NCBI RefSeq assembly: GCF_902459465.1
Contig: NC_047080.1
Span: 12,276,001 to 12,340,000 of the forward strand
Length of the DNA stretch: 64,000 nt
Source of the DNA: Asterias rubens
Taxonomy: Eukaryota
Direction: 5' to 3'
In this document: one piece after another, positions 11,758 through 23,437 of the stretch
Numbering within the stretch: position 1 is the first letter of the stretch
How the letters are laid out: each line of letters opens with the position of its first letter
Translations under genes and position numbers: made by a program
The notes under the pieces: generated by a model
Databases searched by the model: none
What the model saw: the letters and a program-made list of their open reading frames with translations, nothing else
Told to the model about the DNA's origin: nothing

Positions 11758-14605
11758 TTGAGTGATTTTATAACTGTACATTGTACTCGGTTTCCCAAGA
11801 TTCATTGGGGTATAATTAAACGATGGCACTTGAGCATATGGGCTGTATGAATTAATTGTAGGGTCTTTCGATTATGCTCAAAGTAGATACCAAATCGAAA
11901 ATGTCCGAGGGTCAATTTCACGAAGAGTTAGGACTATTCAATTAGGACTAGTCCTAGGAGATATTAAAAACTTAAGGCTAGTCCTAAGTTGAGATAAGAC
12001 CAGTCTTAACTCTTTGTGGAATCCACACCAGCACCTACAATATACAAATGTAGAAGACACAACTATACTCAGGGCCTTGATGGCCACTGATCGCAGGACA
12101 AAGTAGACTTTCACTAAACAAATAAAATAGCGCATCAGAAAGACTTACCTGCTATCAGACTGACAATAACCATCCACAAATATTTTGAGAAAAAATGTTT
12201 TTCTTCCGAAAATAGAATTACAGGGATGAAGATGTGTGGTACAAAGTATTTGTGGATGCAGTTATTTGCATTTTGAGAGGATGATGTTATGTAACTTAAT
12301 TGAGGCAGTAGTGACTTGAAGATTTGTTTTGAAATTGTTGTGCAATAAATGCACCATTAATAGTATCAATATAAATGGTTTTGTTTCTTTCATTTAGTGG
12401 ATCTGGTGTACTCCCCATCTCAATATTATCCCCACTCTGAAAATGGAAGAAGCTGAACAAGAGATGAAAACAACTGAGACACAGTTAACCCAAGGTTATC
12501 TTCAGTAGAGTATGGAGGTAGCCTCCGTGCATATAGAGCCTGCCCCAGACGCTTTATGTTACATCAATTAAATCAATTAAGAAGGCGACTTGTGCTTATA
12601 GATTGTTTATGGTCTACCACAGAGAAAGCAAACTGCACGGGACTAAAGAGAGCGAAGCAACAATACATAATTCACCCTCGCATATTAATTCATTATTTAA
12701 TTTAATATTTTAAATTAATTTGGGGTTGAACAAAGAAAATGTTACTAGAGCAGGACTTTTGAAATGAAATTGTCAGTGTTGTGTACATTAGAATTAAAAT
12801 CAAACGGTTTCAAACTTTGCCTTTAAAAATAGGACCACGATGATTTGGAAGTCATGTCTTGGGTCTATAAAATACCCCTTTCACACAAATAGCACTTCGT
12901 GTGAATAGACAACCATGTTTGGACTAAGGTCTCTTTAGAAATTAGCCATCTTTTATGGGCGGTAAACATAATTGTCGATCACGAGGAGCATTTGGTAACA
13001 TTTCATAGCCGTGCTAAGATTAAGCAAGGGACCCGTGTTTAATTGCTCTCGTGTGAAAGGGCTTTATTTCATGATATAGGTCTTGTCCACTGATGCATCA
13101 CTCTGCATCAATTATTTCACTGCAATAATAACATACTACTTCGACTGTTGACTGCTTCTGTCACGCGAAATAATTCATTATGCAGGGCTCAAGGCTTGCG
13201 AATAAGGAACTATGCCTGATTGCTTGTGAATAAGGAACTGTGTACACAAGCATTCGTTGATGTATGCACTGTTTATTTGACTGTGTAGACATAATGTGGG
13301 CGAGATTATTAGATGGTCGGGTGCTTGGTGGTAAATACTGATGTAGATCAGGGCTGCAGAGAAATCTGGTTATCTCTTATATTTAATTTAGTACATCTCA
13401 TCACAGTTAAATGACATGAGTGCATTTTTTTTTGGAGACCAAATAAATCTGATCTATGGTTTAGGGTACTATTTCGCGGGTCTATATGAGTGCGGGTCGC
13501 AGTGGATGGTTTTGTTCCAAGCATGGAGGAAGGAAATGCTGGAGTTAGTGGTGATTTATTTCACTGTCTCACCTTTTGGGACCCCGGTTCGATTCCCTAT
13601 TTGAGCGACGGCTTATCTCGGATACCTTTAACTCTAGCCCTGTGTACCGTGTCTGGTAAAACCGGCTACAAACACCATCTCAAAATTTGCCAAGAGGGTT
13701 ACTAAAAACTGCGCTTTGTCTGCTTCCTTTGCAGACGAAACATTTGGTGTTTAATCAGAAAGTAAGATACTTTAGCAAGACAGTTCTCTACAAGAACAAC
13801 TTTAACCTGGCAAGTAGAAATACACAGCCGCAAACCATAGACATGAAATATTAAATATGGGCTACTAAAACGTATTGGGCAAGTAAAACGCTTATACGAG
13901 CCCGATTTACAACAAAGGTAATCTTAAGGCCTGCCGTGAGCCCAGTGCATAATAGTCCTCCTGCTGCTTATGTTCTCCCACGGAGGTTGAACCTCCATGT
14001 TTCTCCGTTTAGGGTCTACCTCTAAAACTGAAAATTCTTGCTTCGAATTATAGTGCTTCAAAGTTTTGAAGGTGAGTCTGATTTTAAGATAGAAGACTCT
14101 TGACCCGCTGAGAGGCCCTTGATTCACGTAAGTGTTCCATAAAATCCTTGACCTTGTCTTCAATCTTGAAGGAAACTTTTAGACAGGGATTGATTTGATG
14201 TTTCCATAGTAATTCAGAATAAAAAACTCATGACTCAATAAATGTTTGAATCTGGACAATTTGAGACTGCTTGCTCATTTTCTCTTGCTCACACCGAGCA
14301 CGTACATACAACCTTAAGAATATATAGGTCGGTGAAATGGATAGCATCGCTTTGATCTAGCTGGCTGGGCTCACTAGAGCCGTAATATAATCATTTATGC
14401 AAAAATAATAAAATGGCATGTTAAAACATACATGGGGATCACTAGGAGCGTTGTTATTCTGGACTGATAATGCAAACGACTAGTACTGCGAACAATAAGC
14501 CTACATTATATTAATTATTCTATGGCAAATAAATTATTTTCTCAAGTGGCTGAAACCGTATATAGGCGCATGCTATAACATGATAGTTCACTCTTCTTCG
14601 TATTC

Positions 14606-14613
14606 TATAAAAG
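14606..14613 (+). promoter_or_regulatory. Candidate TATA box upstream of the KCNE-like gene
   Basis: tataaaag about 0.9 kb upstream of the ATG, followed by a CpG-richer stretch (14630-14950) that could be a non-coding first exon. Confidence 0.3.
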
Positions 14614-15531
14614 ACATCGGACTAAATGAGTGACGTGGTAACGATATACTGCAGTGCTGCAAGCCGGGCACTAGATCAAACCACGAACCGACCACGGCAT
14701 CAAATTCAGTAAATTGACATAATAAGCCGGTATTTCAAAGATGCTCGTGGCTCTATCACAAGCACAGGAATGTATCAACATTATGTATCTGAGAGACTGT
14801 CCTAGCAGTGTGTGACGGACGAGAAGTGTGCGCATGAGTCCGGGTCAGTGATGCAAGTGTTGAAACTGGTTTCCCGCGGTTAACCTCATCGTGCGCGCGT
14901 AGGAGTGGAAACAAATCGACGTGTGGATGATGCATACAACTAGCACTGCCAGGTGGATATGATCGTAATGAGGCAGTCCTTTACGGAGAGATGGCGAGGC
15001 TACCCATCTCTTATTATAATAACTACCTAGTATTCATGTTGACATACACAGTATGTGGCGTTGGAGGATTGTGAGAAACAATATATTTACGGACGTCACA
15101 AGTGTTGTTTCTCTGTGTATGTGCTCAGCATCTCTTATGTTGGATTATTAGGTTTAGATTTACTCGTTGGGGATGTGACAAGGAAAGCGCTGCATGGTGT
15201 TAATAGTCTATGTGTAATTGTACTCACTAATCGCTCTCTCATGGATGTCAACATAAATCCATCAATTCACTTTGAAAAGATGGTAATTATTTTCCAATGG
15301 AAAGAAGACATAACATCGAGGATGCCACTCTATCGTGGGGGATGATGTGTCAGGAGAATATTGGAGAAGAGTGCAACTCACAAACAGCACATTAAAGCTC
15401 TTTAGTTATTGCTTGTCTTAATAACATTGTTTTAGGAATGAAACTGGAGTGTTTACAACAACACTGCATTACATCACGCGTTAATAGCTTTCAAATTGAT
15501 CAGGGGACAATCAAAAAGTCATCAACAAGCC

Positions 15532-15975
15532 ATGGCTGGTGATCTAGTGGCATGGTTGTGTGGTGGTGGAGGTATCAACCAAGTAAATGGTTCATCAATA
15601 AATGACACCATGCTTGATGTTGTACTGAACAATTCAACATCCCCTACGACTACCACTACCTATACAGGGGATCCAATGTTATACATCTTAGTTGTTCTAC
15701 TATTCTACGCTACAAGCATCACTCTCTTCATGGTAAAGTACATCAAGAAACAGAGCGAGGAACAGCAATGTGACAATGACTATAACACATTTGTTAGGAT
15801 GGAGGGTTTCGACCAGAAGTTAATGGAAGCAAAGAATGTTGCGGCGATGCGATTGAAGGAGCTGGCATGCGGGAGAAAGAAACCTGTAGCGGGTGGGCAG
15901 GAAAATGTGAAGGATAAAGTCCAAGATAAAACGGAGCATAAAGTGACGGAGAAAGTGCTTACAAGTGCGGTTTGA
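15532..15975 (+). CDS. Small single-pass membrane protein (147 aa), KCNE-/SMIM34-like
   Basis: Uninterrupted ORF with ideal Kozak context (GCCATGG at 15532) and an acceptor-like ttgatcag at 15503 just upstream. N-terminus has several N-glycosylation sequons (NGS, NDT, NNS/NST) and a Thr run; one hydrophobic segment MLYILVVLLFYATSITLFMV followed by KYIKK and YNTFV; charged tail. The family label rests on recalled similarity to the KCNE TM motif, not on a search. Confidence 0.75.
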   Translation: MAGDLVAWLCGGGGINQVNGSSINDTMLDVVLNNSTSPTTTTTYTGDPMLYILVVLLFYATSITLFMVKYIKKQSEEQQCDNDYNTFVRMEGFDQKLMEAKNVAAMRLKELACGRKKPVAGGQENVKDKVQDKTEHKVTEKVLTSAV

Positions 15976-17267
15976 TACATTGGTGAACGAAGAAGTTCCA
16001 TGCATTCTTTAAAAATGACAAAAAACAAAAAACATGCCATGTGGAGCCGAGAGGATCACAAAGGTGTCACTGCTACAGTGGACCCACACCAGGGGAGGAT
16101 CCTGTATTTTCCAAACCGGGGGTAGGGGGGGGGGATCAGAATGAACGAGCGCGCCAGGCATAATTATGCGGGGCCAAATTTCATGGCTCTACTTACCTAA
16201 GCAAATAATCGGCGCTTATGGAAGAAGTGAATTCCGCATTTACGTCAAGCTTATTTCACGAGTTAGCGGGGAATTATATTCATAATTATGGCTGTGTACA
16301 ACATTGGCACTCCTCGCTTACACAGCTATAATAAGCGCAGCCAACATGGTTTTGAGTCTATCCAAATATTATCATAACCATCATGTTAATGGGAAACGTA
16401 TTAAAGGTCGGTCATCGTATTTCGAGAAAAAAGAAAAAAGAAAAAAGAAAAAAATATCTGCAACCTGTTATGTTTGGCGACCGGGGTTCGAGTAGGCCTA
16501 CGGTTTGTCATAATAATGTTGTGTTCTATTTAGCAAATGGTAACGGGAAGCTTTCATGGTGAACACTTCAGGTTGTTGCAATATTGAGAATATATCGAAA
16601 CGGGAATATTATAAATTATTTAAGAGTTTTTCTCAGAGCTGATGCATTTTGTAAAATAATTAAAATCGCTGTATATTATTTAGCATCCAAGAATACATTG
16701 TAAATAATAATAAAATATAATATCCACTTTTGTTTAAAGAAGGGGAATCCAATGTGAGATTAATTTGTGTGGGAACTTTAGTTTTCCAATAGAATCCTTA
16801 TGAAAAGTGGAAAATTTACAGCTAAAGCGGAAAAATGTCATTGTATTTCACCCTTTTTTGTTGATATCAAAGTAAACGTTTTAGATTCTTCCTGAATATT
16901 GGTATTCGATTGAAACGGCATTGAAATTGAGCTTTTAAATGTCGCATTAGTTCCTCTTTGGAATGTAAAAACCCATTGTTAAAACCCATTGATATTGGTG
17001 TCTAATAATATTTTTTCAAATTGCGCTCGGGGAGACTATTGTATAAAATGACATTATTTACAGCATTTTCTCCCACTTTTCTAATGACTCTGATTGAAAG
17101 TTAATACATCACTGAATGTATTTTTGAATTTGAGAATTGTTATCATTAAATCATGACCAAAATATTACTATTTTATAACCAAGCACCTTAAATTTTCAAA
17201 TCCTGTTTTGAACTGCAGGTGTGACATTTTGGGGGCACATTTTAATGATGTAGGCTAATCTGAACAA

Positions 17268-17726
17268 TCGTGTGTCTAAAAAAAAAAAACACACCTAGGC
17301 CTATATACTTTAGAAATGGCTGTCGAATAGAAAATATATGATTCTTTGGGAAAAGGTTTAGATGTATATGGTTAGCTTATGGATTCAACTTTAATATGAT
17401 ACCAAAAAGTCCGAAAATAATCCATGCTTGGGTGAGCACCGCTCACGAAGAATAAGTAGCCGACATCTTGGAGTGAATTTTGTTAGCTCTAAAGGACTAA
17501 CCTCTCGCAAACTAGAAGGCTAATTACTGTGCAACCTATTTGTCACATTATCCTTCACAAAAGTCAGCGGTGCTTTCGTAATCATTAATTATTTTCGGAT
17601 TTGTTTGTGTCATATGAAAGTTGAGTCCATAAGCTATCCATACATATAAACCTCTTTCCCCCAGAATCATAGTTTTTATTCGGCAGCCATTTCAAAAGTG
17701 TATAGGTTTTTTTGAGACACCCTGTA
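17268..17726. mobile_element. Tc1/mariner-like non-autonomous element with long (about 150 bp) TIRs
   Basis: Right end ...tttgagacaccctg|ta (reverse complement TA|CAGGGTGTCTCAAA). aaatggctgtcgaatagaaaatatatgattct...agcttatggattcaacttt pairs with aaagttgagtccataagct...agaatcatagtttttattcggcagccattt. The left terminus is degenerate. Confidence 0.75.
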
Positions 17727-18550
17727 GTTTGAATTTCCTACTCTACATGTTCTGCATAGTTTTATTCTTATATTTTTCTTACTGCAACTGGTTCTAAAAT
17801 GCCCTTGTAATGGGATGCAACTTTCTCCAATTTTATTAATTTTTCTACATTGTTTGCTAATAATAGATACAGTGTAGGCTAATTTGGTTGTCTATGTACT
17901 AAGATTCATAAAGTAAACATCCATCGCCCTACCTGTATAAAAACCACCCAAGCTATATAACAAGACAAAAAGTGCAATGAGGAACTTGAAGTTAGCTGTT
18001 AGCATATCCCGAAATGCTTGTTTCTTTAAGAGAATCTGAATTGTTACAATATTAATCTAAAAGTTGTGCATCCCTTTTCAATAAAAAGCAACCTTCCTTG
18101 CGGACCATAAAAATAAATATCAAATTAATTATTGTATTTTTATTTCAGGCCCTATACAAAGGAAACAAAATGACGTTTGCACTGTCAAATGGACCCAACG
18201 AGGTACCAATTTGTCTTCATTTCATAGTCGGCCATTTCATGAGATACCATTATAAGGAGGGTGATTGATTTGGAGTAAAATTTTATAACAAAACTGAAAC
18301 AACAGAAACATCTCTTCAATGATTTTAAATTTTACACCACAGCTATAATAATAGCAACAACCAAATTGAGCTTATAGCTCCATTAGACCATGGAGGAATA
18401 AATTATTCCTCCATGATTAGACTGACCGTATCCACTGACTGCATGCCGCCGCAGCTCGATTTACAAAGCATCCAATTTCCCTGCAGTTAATTTTATGGTA
18501 ATTACTATCCGGTATGGCGTTCATCACGAGGATGAACAGTCTGCCATTCC

Positions 18551-18721
18551 GTGCACAGCTACCCTTTTGTCAAGTCATTCGTGGCGTAAACAGGGGAGCG
18601 ACTGGAATGGGAGACCACGCGCGCGAAGCGTCGTCACTCGCGTACGTAGTCTCTCGTTCCGGTCGCTTGGGATCGCGGCGCTCCAGCAAGCCACGTAGGG
18701 CTTGACAAAAGACTAGTGCAC
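18551..18721. mobile_element. GC-rich MITE-like foldback
   Basis: gtgcacagctacccttttgtcaag pairs imperfectly with cttgacaaaagactagtgcac. Confidence 0.55.
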
Positions 18722-19145
18722 AGTCAGATCCATGATTAATTATAATCAGTTATTAGTTGGTAGACATTCTAGAGCCACTGCAGACAGTTTTGCTTGACCT
18801 ATCAACTTGCAATAAATAACAATACACAGAAGGTTTTAAGGGACAATACTTTAATAAATAATGACTTTTTTCTTTTGTCTAAATCTTGACCTCTATTCAT
18901 ACACACAACACAGCTAATCATACTTATAGTTTTGCCAATAACATTTCAGGATGTGGTAAAGTGTAAATCAACTACAAAAATAAACCTGATGAAATATTGA
19001 GTTTCACAATAAAACACACCATCAAGAGTTTGGCTTGGAGAGGGTATTTTCAAGTTAACAATTATAAGCACAGGGCAAATTTAACCCTTCTGAAGTGAAA
19101 TCGCCCCAACAAAATCTTTGTTTAAAGTTATTAAATAGAGGGTCT

Positions 19146-19534
19146 TTAAAGGCAGTGGACACTATTGGTAATTACTCAAAATAATTATTGGCATAAAACC
19201 TTACTTGGTAACAAGTGATGGGGAGATGTTGATAGTATAAAACATTGTGAGAAACGGCTTCGTCTGAAGTAACGTAGATTTTGAGAAAGAACTAATTTTC
19301 CACGAATTTGATTTTAAAACCTCAGATTCAGAATTTGAGGTCCCGCAATCAAGCATCTGTAAGCACACAACTTCGTTTGACGAGGGTGTTTTTTTTCTTC
19401 ATTATTATCTCGCAACCTCGACGACCAATTGAGCTCAAATTTTCACAGTTTTTTTTTGTTTTATGCATATGTTGAGATACACCAAGTGAGAAGGCTGGTC
19501 TTTGACAATTACCAGTTATGTCCAGTGTCTTTAA
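19146..19534. mobile_element. TTAA-flanked MITE (Kolobok-like, AGGCAGTGGACACTATTGGTAATT TIR)
   Basis: TTAA|aggcagtggacactattggtaatt ... aattaccagttatgtccagtgtct|TTAA. Full copy in opposite orientation at 23510-23887, relative at 20097-20368, fragments at about 41200-41298, 43180-43207 and 59222. Confidence 0.85.
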
Positions 19535-21386
19535 AAGAAAAAAAAAGTTTCCTCTTTTTTTATTCATTAAGAACACAATTTCCCCCAGTGAACCATAACA
19601 ATATCGCAATAGAAAGCCCATTTAATTTTAGACAAACTATGGATCCAGAAAATGCCAGCCTAAACAACACATTGCTATCATCCCATTGGCCTAACACTAA
19701 ATCATACCTACTTGCAAATTGAGTAGGCTGATGCATCCCTTGTTTGTGGACATTGTTTTTGCTGGATTATCTTTTATTGGATCTTGAGGGCTTGAGGGCC
19801 TTCATTCATCTTCTTTGAACATTCGAGAAGGGATGACGTTTATCAAAACAAATATTGCACGCTACTCACATCAACTTAACAACCAAGTATGATGGTGTAA
19901 CCCCGGTCGTGTGACACCACCACCAACGGTAGAAATGAGTACCTAAATAAATAAATAAACCTGTCTTTGGATAAGTTACTTTTGGTGGCGCTCTTCACCA
20001 TGGACTGCCAAAGATTCTAATACACATTAATGAGATCTCACTTTCTAAAACAATAATGCACATCAATTTTAATATACAACTGTGGATGAATACCTCTTAA
20101 AGGCAGGGTGTACTTTTGGTAAATACTTCACAAATTAAAGACTAAAAAACATACTTTGGTAAAGAGCACCGGAGAGCTGTTGATATTACACATTGTCAGA
20201 TACAACACTTGTGAAGTAATGTATTTGTTTGCAGAGAACGAAGTAACTTTACAACCAACCATTTGAATCTGAGAAAGTTTATATTGTATGCCAATATTTG
20301 GATACACCAAGTGAAGATACTATTCTTTGACAAAAATATCAAAAGTATACCCGTAACCCTGCCTTTAAGAGAGAATGAGAAAAACACATTCTATATAAAG
20401 CTTATCCATACTGTTGGTCATCAACAGTTCTGAATAAGCCTTTCTAACATTTCTTAGAGCTTGTTGCAGACATGTTCTGCTCATCTCTTAAAACTCATTA
20501 AGTAAGATTCGCAAAAGGCTTGCAAATTTCTTGCAGTTTTTTTTGTCAGCAAATAGTTTATGGCACAACAGACAACTCAGGAGGTCAATTCACAATGCCA
20601 AAGATCTTCATCACCCTGTCACCATCTTGGTCATGTTCCATGTCAGACACAACAATAACTGAATACAGATTGTAATTATACCAAAAGGGTACCAGACTAC
20701 TCTTCCATTCCAGCCTCAAATGAATGGGAGAAAAAACAAGATGGCTGTCATATGTGCAGCTACTTGGCTGAATCATTGGTGTGTGAAATATGCAAATAGT
20801 CATAATAACATGGACTAAAATAGCTTACCGGCATAAACACAATGACATTGGTAACATTTCATAACTCTGAAAATATCTATTTTAGCTGGGGTCCATTTCT
20901 GCTTATATAAGGCCAGGCATGCAACTGTAAATTAAAAATAAAAAAAAGATTTTTTACAAAATAACAATGATTTTGTAAAGTTTTTTTTCCAATTTTGTTT
21001 TGAATGGTAAAACTGAGATCAAAAACAGAGGAAATCAGCTGATCCAAGGAATAGTTGCATGCCTGTAAGGCGCTTAGCAATATTTTTGTACTGAACAGCT
21101 TTAAAAACTTGGTACTAAGTCATAAATATGAAATACAAGCCATAATTCTGTTTTCTCTCTATCAAGTCACTCTAAAGCTTCCTTGCATACCTGCTCTGAA
21201 TGAACTTCATTGTCCATTGAAATTGACTTGGTAAGTCTGCTGCCCTCTAGTGGTCAAACGTGTCTCATTGGAACCTGCTCATTTTACTGGTGTTTAAAAT
21301 GAGTAAACACAGGAACAGAACACAGTTTCATTATCGTAATAATTTTAGAGGGGAAGGGATGAACACTGTTCAAGGTGATAAAGTCC

Positions 21387-23402
21387 TTATTTATCGTCTT
21401 CATCATCATCATCATCATCATCCAGATTCAATTTGCACTTCTGTTGGATAAAGTTAAGAGAAAAAGAAGGGTGTCAAACCTCTTTCAATATCAATAAAAA
21501 AAGAGAAGCTTGATTGGTTAGGCCATGAGTTTGTGAACTTTTTCCCTAAGGTAATGTTCTTGCCCCCTCTTGGCCAAGTGGTTAGGAGCACCAGACTCAA
21601 GTTCAGGTGTTTCTGATCAGCGGAGTAAGGGCACCAGACTCAAGTTCAGGTGTTTCTGATCAGCGGAGTAAGGGTTCGAGTCCTGGTCTTGACACTTGTG
21701 TCCTTCTAGCAAAACGTTTACCACTAATGCACATTTAAAATAATCCACTTAGCCTGATCGTTAAGAGAAGGGGTTTGCCCTGGTGTTTTTTTTTTGTTAG
21801 TTTTTTTGTTAGCATCTTGCAAACCATTAGAAGGTGCTACATAAATGGGTCTCACACTTCAAAACATAGCTCTTCTTGTCCTGTTGAAAAGAAAATATTG
21901 AGCGCCTTTGTATGCCCCTTGGGGTGTGACAAAGCACTATATAAGAAGCCAGTATTATTATTTAGTCTTCACACCTGATAGTTGGTGAAATGGCCCTGGC
22001 TACGGCAGTGATGCTCCACCTCATCTTGCTGCCAGAATCGACGTCCGCACAAAAAACATTGGAAAGCGGTGACTTCACGGATATACTCCTCCCCTGCAAC
22101 GCAACAAATACAAGTAATTAATGTTTAGTGATAAAACACATGGAAAACTGAGTGGGGTAATTAATTTCAGCTTGAACAAAGACATTGTTCGAGAGCGAGA
22201 TTTGGACCCTTGACCTCCGGATTAACGTGCTGGTATTCTATCAACTCAGTAATCTAGCCCTAGAGTTCACACTCTCTATTTTGTTGATATCTTTATTAAG
22301 GAATGCCCTGTCAGACTTAGTCTGACTGTGAAACAATGAAACAAAGATATTGACAAAAGAGGAGTCAGAATCCAGATCTTGCTCTAGTCAGGATTGGGAT
22401 AAATACAGACAAACTAAAAGTGACTTACCGTATTTTTTGGAGGAATCATATCCTTCTAGCCCAGTATTTGTTGGGTGTTCCTTGTTACTACTGTCAGGTG
22501 ACTGACATGACACATCTTCAGCGAGAGTTGTTGGTCTATTTGGCTTGGCTTTGTGAACAATAAAGAAATAAAGAGCTTGGCATGAAAACACACTCTATAC
22601 AGTGAGCCATTTTCATAGAGCTGTCCTACCATAAAAAGTAGCTAAGCACAACAAAATGATGCTTACCAGAATGAGGTTATCATCAAACAAACTAACATGG
22701 TTTTACGTACAACTTGTGACTGGTATCCTGCTCATTTGTACTTAGACGACAATTGCTAAGCAATATGTTCTGCTTTAAAAGCAACTCTGTGAAAAAGGGC
22801 CCTGTGGTCGATTTCACGAAATGCTAAGATTAATCCCATCTCCTGAGTTAGGACGTCCTAACTTAGGATGGGTTCAATGCGTCATACGCCTTCAGATAGG
22901 GAACTTAACTCGTCCTAAGTCCCTAAGATTAATCCTAAGCTAGGATGAGTTTGGTGAAATCGACGGCTGGGCCTAATTTCAAAAAGCTGCTTAAGCCAAA
23001 AAAATAGCTAAGCCCAAAACAAATTTGCTTACCACCAGAATAACCTTACCAGCTAACACAGTGTCACAATATACAACTCTTGTTATTTCTGCTTAGCAGC
23101 AAAACCATTAATCAATATTTTCTGCTTTTGTAGGCAGAAATATGAAATTGAGCCCTGGTCTAGACTTACACAGAAAGACCATGGCTTAGAGTTAAGGCCA
23201 TGGTGCCCCTTGAAAATATTTCAAGATAATTACAAAATTTGTCAAAAAAAAACCCAACCCTTGCAACGATTGGTGCAAGAGTATTTGAATTAACACAATT
23301 GTATTGCTCAATCCTACTATTTTTAGTGTAATGATAGTCCAGCTAACAAAATGTTTGATTTAGTAAGAATGTTTTCTTTTGTTTTGTTTCTTTAAACCAA
23401 AA

Positions 23403-23437
<35 letters not shown>

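Noticed and set aside
12398-12496. Exon-like segment after RB1CC1
   Set aside because: RB1CC1 already terminates at 10800 with a complete Claw domain; the donor is weak and no partner exon was found.
18149-18202. Exon-like 54-nt segment (ALYKGNKMTFALSNGPNE) suggesting another + strand gene
   Set aside because: I could not link it to a start, further exons or any known protein; it may be chance or part of a lncRNA.
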